NCBI GenBank assembly: GCA_965644315.1
Contig: CBFFRQ010000031.1
Coordinates: forward strand, 62,001-126,000
Length of the DNA: 64,000 nt
Origin: Caecitellus pseudoparvulus
Lineage: Eukaryota; Protista; Bigyra: Bicosoecida
Direction: 5' to 3'
Shown: positions 32,336-42,177 of the stretch, piece by piece
How positions within the stretch are numbered: position 1 is the first letter of the stretch
How the letters are laid out: every line of letters starts with the position of its first letter
Notes under the pieces: model-generated
The model's database searches: none
Told to the model about the DNA's origin: nothing
Seen by the model: only the letters and a program-made list of their open reading frames with translations
Position numbers and translations under genes: made by a program

Positions 32336-33671
32336 ATGTCCAGCTCGCCTCCCGCCGCTGCTTCTGAGGCCGCCGCGCAGTCTCACCATGCCATCCAGGC
32401 TACAGAACTTTTGCGATCCAGTACAGCTGCTGTCCTTAAGTCGCCAGAGGCTGCACAGCCTGCGTCCGAAGACCTGGAGGTGGGCATGCGAAACGCCAGC
32501 GGCAGCTCAAGCAAACCCTGCACCGCCTCCCGCCTGCCATGCGCAGTTCCGCGTCATTACGAATGACGGTCACCCACAGCACTTAGTCTGGCTGACTGCT
32601 GTGAAGAACATCTTCTCACAGCAGCTGCCCAAGATGCCCAAGGAGTACATCACCCGGCTGGTGTTTGACCGCAAGCACCGGAGCATGATTGCCGTGAAGA
32701 CAGGGAAGGTCGTGGGGGGCATTTGCTACCGGCCCTTCTTTGCCCAGCGCTTCGCGGAGATCGTCTTCTGTGCCATCACTTCCAGCGAGCAAGTGCGTGG
32801 GTACGGCACCCGGCTGATGAACCACTTGAAGGAAGCCGTGAAGCTGGACGGCATCATCAACTTCCTCACCTACGCTGACAACTACGCCATCGGGTACTTT
32901 ACTAAGCAAGGCTTCAGCAAGCGTGTGACCATGGAGAAGCGTCGGTGGACCGGCTTCATCAAGGACTACGATGGCGGCACCCTCATGGAGTGCACCATCC
33001 ACCCGTCCCTGGACTACTTGAACCAGCGGCGCCTGCTCAACCAGCAGCGCGCCCTGCTCCTGCGTCGCATCCAAGACATTCAGAGTGGTGCAGCTCGCGT
33101 GCCCACACTCACCTCCAAGGTGCGCCTGTCCAGAGCGGGGGCTGAGGAGGCAGCGTCCAGCACCACCCAACGAGGCAAGCACAGTGAGGAGGAGCGCCGG
33201 AGGAGCCGCTTCCAGGCGGCGCTACAGGCAGCCTTGCAGCGCATCCAGGACCACAAGGACGCGTGGCCCTTCCTGGACCCCGTCATGGTGGACGACGCGC
33301 CAGATTACTACGACATCATCAAGCACCCTATGGACTGCCGCCGCATCGCGAGCAAGATCAAGCGGCATTCCTACACCAGCGTGGGGGACTTCGCTGCTGA
33401 CTTGCGCCTCATGGTGGCCAATTGCAAGTCCTACAATGCCGCAGACACCGACTACTTCAAGGCGGCAGAGGGCCTCATGCCCTTCATCGACGCGTGCTTG
33501 GCTGAATTGGTAGCAGATGTGGACTCAACGCCACCATCCAAACCGGGGACCGCGGGGGACCACGCTGCCGCCGCTGCCGCAACTGCGCGCCGGGCAGCAG
33601 CAGCTGTGGCTGCTGCAGCGGCCGCTGCCAGCGCAATCCCGGATGAGGATGGCGACGTCACCCTGGGCTGA
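32336..33671 (+). CDS. GCN5: Histone acetyltransferase GCN5 (GNAT domain plus bromodomain)
   Basis: Intron 32480-32546. GNAT motifs QLPKMPKEYITRLVFD, EIVFCAI, QVRGYG, TYADNYAIGYF and IKDYDGGTLM; bromodomain AWPFLDPV..APDYYDIIKHPMD..NCKSYN. Confidence 0.96.
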
Positions 33672-33675
33672 CACT

Positions 33676-34478
33676 TCACTGTGCGGACGCATCGGGTGTG
33701 CTGGCAGCTGCAGCAGCTACGGGCGGGGCAGCGGATGCTGCAGCATTGCCATCCGCTTCCTGCAGCCAGACTGCCAGGTGCTTTGCGAAGTCGTACAACG
33801 GGAACCCCTTCACGTTGTTGTAGTCACCCTCAATACCGGAAATTAGCATGGCACCCAGGGCTTGGATGCCGTACCCGCCAGCTTTGTCCAAAGGCTCCCC
33901 TGTCGCGGCGTATGCTGTCAGGGTCTCGCGTGAGGCTTCAGCGAAATGCACCTTGGTGGAGGTGGCCCAAGCCGCTTGTTCACGGGCCACGCTGCCGTCG
34001 CCGGCAGCAGGCACCAGCAGGACAACTCCAGACACCACTTCGTGGGTGGTTCCACTCAGGCCCTGCAGCATGGTCACTGCTGCTGCTTCTGAAGCCGGCT
34101 TCTCCAGGATACCGCCGTCCGTGCCCACCACCACAGTGTCGGCTCCAATGACGAGTTCAGGCGATGCTTCGCCGCCTTCCCCTGCCAGCCGACCAAACAC
34201 CTCCAATGCTTTCTGCCGTGCATTTTCAATGACGTAGTCCCCCTGCATTGTCAAGGGAGCCTGTGCGCTGCACGCCAACTCGTGGCAAGGAACGGTGCAC
34301 CACTCACGGCAGAGGAAAACGAGGACTTGTCCAGCGTCTCCGGAAACGTGGAAGGCACGATGGAGAATCGCAGCCCAATGGTTTCCAGTATTTCTTTGCG
34401 GCGAGGCGACTGTGAAGCCAGCACGATACGCTTGCTCTGAGCCTTGCCGAGGCACTGTAAAAGATGTGGAGCTGCCAT
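33676..34478 (-). CDS. Maf/YhdE-family nucleotide pyrophosphatase
   Basis: RIVLASQSPRR; intron 34307-34243; VIGADTVV, ILEKP, EPLDKAGGYGIQ and GDYNNVKGFP. Confidence 0.93.
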
Positions 34479-34673
34479 GTTGCGGAAATTGATCTCTCGC
34501 CTTGTGCCCGTAAAGCTCAAACTGGCTTGCCCAGCAAAACCTTCACCGACGCGTAGCTTTTCGAACCATGACTTTTGTGTGTCCGGTGTACTCTGGGTGT
34601 GTCAAGTGTCTCGAGAAAGGTTGACAATCAGCTAGGGCCCCTTCCACTTCTGACGTCAGCGCGGCTCCGAGGT

Positions 34674-35777
34674 ATGGCTGCTTCCGCTCCTCAACGGAGC
34701 CTCCTCGTCGTCGGCACCGGGGTCACAGCAGCGCACTTGTGGAAGCGTTTGCGTGGCTTGTCTGCTAACCTTGCTGTCACTCTCGTTGACAAGGCACGTG
34801 GGCCAGGTGGCCGGTTTGCCTCGTCCAGATCCCGCAACTTATCTGGTCCATCCGGCCCCGCCCGACTGGACCTCGGCGCCCAGTACATCACAAGCGAGAG
34901 TGAAAGCGTCAGCGTGCTCGCAAAGGAAGGGCATTTGAATAACTTCACTGCTTCCCTGCATGGTCAGCACGCAAGCCAGAAGCAGCGGCAGAATTGGGTG
35001 GCCCCCGGCGGCATCGCAAGTGTAGTGACTGAACTGCTGCATGGCGCGTCTCCGCTGTACCAACACCACCTGACCCACCTGGACATTGTCGAAGATGCAA
35101 ATGGGCATCGTCGGTGGCAGGCTTCTTTCAAAGACCAGCAAGCGCTTCCCGCAGTGGATGCAGTCGTCCTAACCCTGCCCGCCCCCCAGCTGCTTCAGCT
35201 GGAAGGGGATGTTCAGCCTTTGCTGTCGAAGGCAGCACCGGGACTGTCAGAGGTCGCGTACTCCTCCAGATTCGCAGTGGGGCTGTGGTTCACACCGGAC
35301 CAAGCAAGTGCCGTGCAGGAGTGTATCGCCGGAGCCGGCATGTACGTACCTGCAGACCAGTCGGACATTGTGCGTTTCGTGTCCAACGACACGGTGAAGA
35401 GGGGCGTGAATTGCGAAGCAGAGGGGGGCATGTCCATCGTGGTGCACAGCACCGTGCAGTACGGTCATGCTCATCGAGAGGAAGCAAAAGACGATGGCTG
35501 CAAAGCCGTGCTGCAAGAGCTGCGCAGGCTCATGCCCACCCTGCCTGAGCCAGTCGAGGTCAAGCCACACAAGTGGAAGTTTAGCCAAGTCACCAAGGCA
35601 TACGCAGACGAGCACGGTCACACACCAAATGCTGTCCTGGTGAGCGAGCATCCGCTGCTTGTGTTGGCTGGTGATAGCTTTGCAAGCAGCAACTACGACG
35701 GCTGCGAAGCATCCGCCAGTGCCGCAGCGCGCCTGCTGGCTCCTGCGGACCTCAAGTCGCCCGAGGCAGAGGAATAG
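34674..35777 (+). CDS. Renalase-like FAD-dependent oxidoreductase
   Basis: Motifs LLVVGTG, DKARGPGGR, DLGAQY, AVVLTLPAPQ, YSSRFA, HKWKFSQV and AGDSF..SNYDGC. Confidence 0.85.
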   Translation: MAASAPQRSLLVVGTGVTAAHLWKRLRGLSANLAVTLVDKARGPGGRFASSRSRNLSGPSGPARLDLGAQYITSESESVSVLAKEGHLNNFTASLHGQHASQKQRQNWVAPGGIASVVTELLHGASPLYQHHLTHLDIVEDANGHRRWQASFKDQQALPAVDAVVLTLPAPQLLQLEGDVQPLLSKAAPGLSEVAYSSRFAVGLWFTPDQASAVQECIAGAGMYVPADQSDIVRFVSNDTVKRGVNCEAEGGMSIVVHSTVQYGHAHREEAKDDGCKAVLQELRRLMPTLPEPVEVKPHKWKFSQVTKAYADEHGHTPNAVLVSEHPLLVLAGDSFASSNYDGCEASASAAARLLAPADLKSPEAEE

Positions 35778-38700
35778 GCCATAAGGGCATGATCCGTTCT
35801 CCCCCACTTCCACTCAGCATGTTTTGGACGGCTTCCTGTGCCAGAGCGATGAGTGCAGCACCACGATCAGACGCACACCACGCGGAAAGCGCATCATGGG
35901 CGCTGGCCAGGTGCAAAAAGCTGGACCCGCGCCGCACGGCAGATGTCGCATTGGTCGCGTCATCCCAACGCATTTGAATGACGCCAAGACTAGCTTGGTA
36001 CCGCTGGTACTGCACATCCTTCACTGCTAAGACCGTACCTGGGCTGAGCAATGATGCCATGATTTTTCGCTGCCAGCGTCCGGCAGAGCAAAAGACTTCT
36101 ACGGACGCCACAGCTCCATGGTGATCCATGAGGAAAATGTGAAACGTGTGGCTCATCAAGCCGGAAGCCATTTGCCGCTCGTCGCCATCTGACACCGCCA
36201 GCACCACGCCGACTGTGTCGAGCACGCGAGGCCCAATGAACACAGACACGCTGTCGTCAAACGACGTGAACGAGCCACAAGCAGCGTGAGCAATGCTTGT
36301 GAACACTGTGGGTAAAACTGCACCTGCTGCGCCCTGAGCTGACCGCGCACTTTTCGGTGCACGGCCGTCCGACGCCGGGACCCACGAACAAGCACGGTCA
36401 GCAGACAGAGAAAACTCTGCCATAGGGGGCGTCAGAACTCTGACATGGACACAATCTTCATCATGCCCTTGTGGTCCAACTCCCACTACGTTCACAAATC
36501 TCACACTGAACGGGTCTTGGGGCTGTAGAATGGCCAAGTGGCATGGCCCGGGTGCCCTCGCTTGGCACTTCTCGAACAGCTCATCCAGACTGCAATGCAC
36601 CTCCAGGAGAAACGAGAACTCAGACTTCCATGGTGCAGCGAGACTGTACAGGCAATGCTGCGTGATCAAATCTGAGCTCATGTTCGCAGGCAGGGAGCGG
36701 AGCCCGAGTGGAGGCACCATTGGCTTCCTCGCAGCGACCGACAACCCGCTGACGAAATACCGCTCACCAGCGCGAAAGCCCGCGATGGACTCTTCCCCGG
36801 CTCCCCACATTGATACACTCACAAGCTTCTTCTCCCCACCCGCGCGCTTGCGAGGAACAGACACGAGCGGATCACATCGCCATTCGCAGCAAGGCAACCC
36901 CTGTGTCCTGCACATGACCAGGAAAGGACTCCGCGGGCCTTCACAAACAAACCTCTCAGGGCATTCCTCAGACTGAACAGCAACCATTCGCTGCCTGCGA
37001 ACTTTTGCAACGATAGCTGCCGAGGCACTCTGCCTCGCTGATCGCACAACTCGGCGTCGTACGGGCACGCTGGCAGGAGTCCTGGGAGCAGCAGGGACGG
37101 GATCAGTGTCAACCGTGTCTGTCGCCTTCCCTGCATCGATTCTCTGGCCACAGGCTAGCAATACTCCGTCGCCCTCACCCCCCTCGCCCAGCACACTCGC
37201 TGCTCGCGCCTTCGCTGACTCGCTCACCACCAACGGCTTGTTCCGGCCCGTCACGAACCCCGTGCTCCCTCCGCCCCCCTCACCCCCCTCGCCCAGCACA
37301 CTCGCTGCTCGCGCCTTCGCTGACTCGCTCACCACCAACGGCTTGTTCCGGCCCGTCACGAACCCCGTGCTCCCTCCGCCCCCCTCACCCCCCTCGCCCA
37401 GCACACTCGCTGCTCGCGCCTTCGCTGACTCGCTCACCACCAACGGCTTGTTCCGGCCCGTCACGAACCCCGTGCTCCCTCCGCCGCCCTCACCCCCCTC
37501 GCCCAGCACACTCGCTGCTCGCGCCTTCGCTGACTCGCTCACCACCAACGGCTTGTTCCGGCCCGTCACGAACCCCGTGCTCCCTCCGCCCCCCTCGCCC
37601 CCCTCGCCCAGCACACTCGCTGCTCGCGCCTTCGCTGACTCGCTCACCACCAACGGCTTGTTCCGGCCCGTCACAAACCCCGTGCTCCCTCCGCCGCCCT
37701 CACCCCCCTCGCCCAGCACACTCGCTGCTCGCGCCTTCGCTGACTCGCTCACCACCAACGGCTTGTTCCGGCCCGTCACGAACCCCGTGCTCCCTCCGCC
37801 GCCCTCGCCCCCCTCGCCCAGCACACTCGCTGCTCGCGCCTTCGCTGACTCGCTCACCACCAACGGCTTGTTCCGGCCCGTCACGAACCCCGTGCTCCCT
37901 CCGCCCCCCTCGCCCCCCTCGCCCAGCACACTCGCTGCTCGCGCCTTCGCTGACTCGCTCACCACCAACGGCTTGTTCCGGCCCGTCACGAACCCCGTGC
38001 TCCCTCCGCCCCCCTCACCCCCCTCGCCCAGCACACTCGCTGCTCGCGCCTTCGCTGACTCGCTCACCACCAACGGCTTGTTCCGGCCCGTCACGAACCC
38101 CGTGCTCCCTCCGCCGCCCTCACCCCCCTCGCCCAGCACACTCGCTGCTCGCGCCTTCGCTGACTCGCTCACCACCAACGGCTTGTTCCGGCCCGTCACG
38201 AACCCCGTGCTCCCTCCGCCCCCCTCGCCCCCCTCGCCCAGCACACTCGCTGCTCGCGCCTTCGCTGACTCGCTCACCACCAACGGCTTGTTCCGGCCCG
38301 TCACGAACCCCGTGCTCCCTCCGCCCCCCTCACCCCCCTCGCCCAGCACACTCGCTGCTCGCGCCTTCGCTGACTCGCTCACCACCAACGGCTTGTTCCG
38401 GCCCGTCACAAACCCCGTGCTCCCTCCGCCCCCCTCGCCCCCCTCGCCCAGCACACTCGCTGCTCGCGCCTTCGCTGACTCGCTCACCACCAACGGCTTG
38501 TTCCGGCCCGTCACGAACCCCGTGCTCCCTCCGCCCCCCTCGCCCCCCTCGCCCAGCACACTCGCTGCTCGCGCCTTCGCTGACTCGCTCACCACCAACG
38601 GCTTGTTCCGGCCCGTCACGAACCCCGTGCTCCCTCCGCCCCCCTCGCCCCCCTCGCCCAGCACACTCGCTGCTCGCGCCTTCGCTGACTCGCTCACCAC

Positions 38701-41700
38701 CAACGGCTTGTTCCGGCCCGTCACGAACCCCGTGCTCCCTCCGCCGCCCTCGCCCCCCTCGCCCAGCACACTTGCTGCTCGCGCCTTCGCTGACTCGCTC
38801 ACCACCAACGGCTTGTTCCGGCCCGTCACGAACCCCGTGCTCTCTCTGCCCCCCTCACCCCCCTCAGCCCCAGCCTGTGCAACAAACCTGCTCATCACAG
38901 GTGATTCCCTAGCGCGCAGGCTGGTTTCAGTCGTCGAAGCTGGGAGGAAGGCCTGTGTTTGAGAAGCACCGGCTCGGAGCTGCTGCTGCGCTGTCTCGGG
39001 CGTCTCCTCACGCTGAGTGGGCTCCTCCACTGGCACATCTCTGTAGGATGGCGGTGTGAACGCGAGAGGCGCGTCTAAACTCTTGGTCTCGGGGAACGCG
39101 GGCCACTCGGGTGGTGCTTCGTGCAATACCATGGTTGCGAATGGCTTGCCGCTGGAAGACGGGTCAGAAGACATGGCCTGAATGGCTGCCGACATGCGAT
39201 CTGCTTGGTCTGCTTGCAGTGATTCCAGGCTCTGTGCGGGCACACACCCACTCTGCCTGGCTCGCGCTAATTGTACTTGAACATTATCCCGCTCACGGGC
39301 AAACTCCACTTGCAACTGCTGAACCAGAGCAGATGCTCGCTCACGGGCTTTGTCCTGCTCAAGCCGGTGCACTGCAGCTGCAACTGCGCTGGACACCGCC
39401 ACGACACGGGGCTTGTCGCCTTCAGCTTGGTCTGGACGATGCCCAGAGCCGTCGTCGCTCCCCGCCAACACTGAGGCAGGGAGCAGTACTTTGCAGCCGC
39501 TGACTCGCTGCACGGCCAGACTGAGTTGGGGTGCAGACCCACCCCCTTGGCGCAAAGATCGCAGCTGCACTGTGAACGTCCGTGCATGCTGGTGGCCCAA
39601 GCGCTTGTGCCACACAGCTCGGCGAGTGCCGTTGAATCGCAAGAGCAACACTGCACTGCCAAGTTTCTGTGGCGCCACCATTCCTCGACCACGCATGAGC
39701 CCTGGCGAGAGCGGGAAGCGCCAATGCCTTGTGGCCTTGGCTTGCCTTGGGCTCGCACTGGCGCTGCTCAAGGTACACATGCGGTCCGATGCAGTCTGGG
39801 TCCAGTCCCACCCAAGGTACACCGCATTGCACACAGTCTCCAGCGGGTCCATGCCGTCGTCCATGGGCCGCAAGCCAGACACTGGAGTCCATGATGGGGT
39901 ATCTGCGGGGTCCAAGAGCACTGTGCCCCTTGAGTACAGCTCGGCGCCGCACACTGCCAACTTGAGCCCTGGGAAGATCTTGCCCCGGCGAACTTGTTCT
40001 GCAAGCAAGTCGTCCACGGCACACTCGACGCTGTACCAGCCATCTGACACTTCCAACCGGATGGAGTCAGATGCGGCAGCACCAGCACTCCCACTGCCAC
40101 TGCTAGACGTGGAGACCACTTGTGCCACCACCAGCACCATGTACCGTGCAGGTGACTCGTCCTTCTCCAGAACCCGCCTCAGAGCGCTGCGTGAGCCCTG
40201 TGTGTACTCACGCTCGTAACGATGCCACAGTTGTTGGAGCACGGTGTCCCAGTCAAGCAGCACTGTGTCGCTGCCGGCGGGCGCCACTTGGACCCTTCCG
40301 TCTGCACCATGTCGCAAGCTGCCTGACAGCTGCGCCCCCTGCAGGCGGCTGCCACAGCGCTCGTAGGAGGCAAGCTTCCAGATGATCCACCGGTAGTGGT
40401 TCGCGACCCAAGCGGGAGAAACGCCAGCTGGTACCGCACCCCACTCCAGCAGTGTTGCCCGAGCATGGTCAGGGCCGCGCAGGGTGTCTGGCAGGCGGGT
40501 GTTGGGCTTGGCCACCGCCAGCGCGCCATCAGCACCGAACGCAACCCAGGCTGCCGAGGCAGCATCAATGCTCCAGAGGAATTCAAGCCGCATGGCAACT
40601 TGGGATGACTCCGTCCGCTCAGCGCTGGGAGCCAGCACGATCTTGCCCTGCGCCACCAAGCTCCGCACCCGAGCACCTCCCTCGCCCCCGCCCCCAACCA
40701 CCACGGTTGGCTGGCGAGCCAGAGACACGAGCGGCGCTGTCAGGGCGGGGGTAAGGTACCTCTCCACACGCTGTCGCTTGCGGGAGGAACCGGCCTGACT
40801 GCCTGGTGTGGTGCGGTGTGGGTTGGGAGTGGCCGAGAGTGGAGCCGTCGCCCGAGGCAACGGACGGGGTGTCACGAACTTGCGCGTGCGAGCTCGCTTG
40901 GAGGGATTCGGTGTCGCCGCTGATTCTGTCAGGGTTGCAGAGCTGTCTGCCTCGCCAGGTCCAGGTGTGTGGGGGGCGGGCACAGGCTCGTCAGCCGCAC
41001 CAAGTGCGCCGGGGGCAGGGAGCGTGCTGGGAAGGACAGGGGCAGCAAACGAGACGCTCTTGCGCCGCCGTTGCCGAGCACGAGCAGAGAGCCTGGAGAT
41101 CTGTGGGCTGAAGGGGCCCTCTGTGCCCGGAGTGGCGCCTGCAGTGTCCCCAGCTCGCAAGCTGATGCTGTCACCGCCTTGGGACTGCGAGTCCCCCTGG
41201 GAGTACATGAAGGCAGGGCCGGCGTCAGGGGCCTCGGAGACGATGTCTGAGGCAACGCTCTGATGATCGGCCACAAGGGGCAACATGGGCGTGACCGTGT
41301 GGGGGTCCCCCAAGGACACGCGTCGGCCAGGCCGTGTCGGCTGCCCTGGCGTGGCCAGCTGTGGCGACGCCGAGCCGTCCGAGGCAGGGGATGCCGGAGC
41401 ATCTGCTTGCATGAGAATGCGTGAAGCTGTTGCCCTGCTTGACTCCGAAGGGACGACAGGCACGTCATGTCCCGTGCGGAATCCGGAAAATGCCGGAGCC
41501 TGACCACTGTCCACGCCGCTCACAGCGTCTGCACCAGGAGAAGCGTCGGAGGCTTGCGAACTGCGGCTCTCCCGACCCTCAAGAGGTTGGTGTGACCCCT
41601 CCTCACTTTGAGAAGAGTTCGAATGGGGCGGCACGTCGTCCACTGCACCTGGCCCATCCTGTGACAGCACGCCAGCTTCTGGAGCTTGTGCTTGAAACGC

Positions 41701-41970
41701 CGGTGAAACGGCAGGCAAAACTTGGGCAGCTGGAGGCTCCTCATGGTCGGCCTCCAGGCTGGTCTGTGCTGCATCTTCGGGTTGAGAGTGTGTAACTTCG
41801 TCACTTACTCGCACGCTTGCGAGCTGGCCAGGCCCACACTGCGCAGAGTTGGCCTCTGAGCCGCGTTCAAATTCTTGCTGCGCAGGTACTGCGCTCCACG
41901 CAGCAAAGAGCCTTGCGATGCTCTGGTCCGACCCCAGGTAGACTTGGGCCTGCGGCTCGTGAGCAGACAT
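35752..41970 (-). CDS. BRCA2: BRCA2 homolog with 1 N-terminal and 16 intra-DBD BRC repeats
   Basis: Helical domain WVANHYRWIIWKLASYE (about 40360-40410). OB1 QLWHRYERE..SRSALRRVLEKD, LEVSDGWY and FNGTRRAVWHKRLG. OB2 start LRSLRQGGG..AVQRV; OB2 remainder VSMWG..GFRAGERYFVSGL (about 36750-36820). OB3 LDTVGVVLAV. First genuine ATG at 41970. Confidence 0.93.
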   Translation of the reverse strand: MSAHEPQAQVYLGSDQSIARLFAAWSAVPAQQEFERGSEANSAQCGPGQLASVRVSDEVTHSQPEDAAQTSLEADHEEPPAAQVLPAVSPAFQAQAPEAGVLSQDGPGAVDDVPPHSNSSQSEEGSHQPLEGRESRSSQASDASPGADAVSGVDSGQAPAFSGFRTGHDVPVVPSESSRATASRILMQADAPASPASDGSASPQLATPGQPTRPGRRVSLGDPHTVTPMLPLVADHQSVASDIVSEAPDAGPAFMYSQGDSQSQGGDSISLRAGDTAGATPGTEGPFSPQISRLSARARQRRRKSVSFAAPVLPSTLPAPGALGAADEPVPAPHTPGPGEADSSATLTESAATPNPSKRARTRKFVTPRPLPRATAPLSATPNPHRTTPGSQAGSSRKRQRVERYLTPALTAPLVSLARQPTVVVGGGGEGGARVRSLVAQGKIVLAPSAERTESSQVAMRLEFLWSIDAASAAWVAFGADGALAVAKPNTRLPDTLRGPDHARATLLEWGAVPAGVSPAWVANHYRWIIWKLASYERCGSRLQGAQLSGSLRHGADGRVQVAPAGSDTVLLDWDTVLQQLWHRYEREYTQGSRSALRRVLEKDESPARYMVLVVAQVVSTSSSGSGSAGAAASDSIRLEVSDGWYSVECAVDDLLAEQVRRGKIFPGLKLAVCGAELYSRGTVLLDPADTPSWTPVSGLRPMDDGMDPLETVCNAVYLGWDWTQTASDRMCTLSSASASPRQAKATRHWRFPLSPGLMRGRGMVAPQKLGSAVLLLRFNGTRRAVWHKRLGHQHARTFTVQLRSLRQGGGSAPQLSLAVQRVSGCKVLLPASVLAGSDDGSGHRPDQAEGDKPRVVAVSSAVAAAVHRLEQDKARERASALVQQLQVEFARERDNVQVQLARARQSGCVPAQSLESLQADQADRMSAAIQAMSSDPSSSGKPFATMVLHEAPPEWPAFPETKSLDAPLAFTPPSYRDVPVEEPTQREETPETAQQQLRAGASQTQAFLPASTTETSLRARESPVMSRFVAQAGAEGGEGGRESTGFVTGRNKPLVVSESAKARAASVLGEGGEGGGGSTGFVTGRNKPLVVSESAKARAASVLGEGGEGGGGSTGFVTGRNKPLVVSESAKARAASVLGEGGEGGGGSTGFVTGRNKPLVVSESAKARAASVLGEGGEGGGGSTGFVTGRNKPLVVSESAKARAASVLGEGGEGGGGSTGFVTGRNKPLVVSESAKARAASVLGEGGEGGGGSTGFVTGRNKPLVVSESAKARAASVLGEGGEGGGGSTGFVTGRNKPLVVSESAKARAASVLGEGGEGGGGSTGFVTGRNKPLVVSESAKARAASVLGEGGEGGGGSTGFVTGRNKPLVVSESAKARAASVLGEGGEGGGGSTGFVTGRNKPLVVSESAKARAASVLGEGGEGGGGSTGFVTGRNKPLVVSESAKARAASVLGEGGEGGGGSTGFVTGRNKPLVVSESAKARAASVLGEGGEGGGGSTGFVTGRNKPLVVSESAKARAASVLGEGGEGGGGSTGFVTGRNKPLVVSESAKARAASVLGEGGEGGGGSTGFVTGRNKPLVVSESAKARAASVLGEGGEGDGVLLACGQRIDAGKATDTVDTDPVPAAPRTPASVPVRRRVVRSARQSASAAIVAKVRRQRMVAVQSEECPERFVCEGPRSPFLVMCRTQGLPCCEWRCDPLVSVPRKRAGGEKKLVSVSMWGAGEESIAGFRAGERYFVSGLSVAARKPMVPPLGLRSLPANMSSDLITQHCLYSLAAPWKSEFSFLLEVHCSLDELFEKCQARAPGPCHLAILQPQDPFSVRFVNVVGVGPQGHDEDCVHVRVLTPPMAEFSLSADRACSWVPASDGRAPKSARSAQGAAGAVLPTVFTSIAHAACGSFTSFDDSVSVFIGPRVLDTVGVVLAVSDGDERQMASGLMSHTFHIFLMDHHGAVASVEVFCSAGRWQRKIMASLLSPGTVLAVKDVQYQRYQASLGVIQMRWDDATNATSAVRRGSSFLHLASAHDALSAWCASDRGAALIALAQEAVQNMLSGSGGERIMPLWPIPLPRAT
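37170..38865 (-). repeat. Tandem array of 16 x 105-bp units encoding BRC repeats (STGFVTGRNKPLVVSESAKARAASVLGEGGEGGGG)
   Basis: An anchor recurs every 105 nt from 37191 to 38766 (16 copies). The unit aligns without gaps to the human BRC4 core [26 protein letters not shown]. Confidence 0.95.
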
Positions 41971-42177
41971 GATACTGCTACAGCCTGTGCATGTGCCCCG
42001 CCTTAGCTTGTGCGCAGAGAATATCAGCGCGCCGTGGAGCTTGTGGCGCGCCTCAGCGCTGGAACGTGGCGCAATCGCGCGTGTCTTCAGGCCAAAGCAG
42101 ACACTACACTGGAGGGAGCGAAAGAAGGAAGTGTAGAGACACATGTATTGGGTGGGAAATTTGTTTGTGCCTACGCC

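Noticed and set aside
37170-38865. CRISPR array or non-coding satellite
   Set aside because: There are no unique spacers. The unit is a multiple of 3, lies in frame within BRCA2 and matches the BRC consensus.
37106-38962. 618-aa Pro-rich repeat ORF on the + strand
   Set aside because: It is the antisense shadow of the BRC array. A stop-free repeat unit stays open automatically, and BRCA2 explains the conservation.
41971-42144. N-terminal extension of BRCA2 as given in the ORF track
   Set aside because: The upstream start gives an atypical Cys-rich leader and nearly abuts the neighbouring gene's stop. ATG 41970 is more plausible, though unproven.
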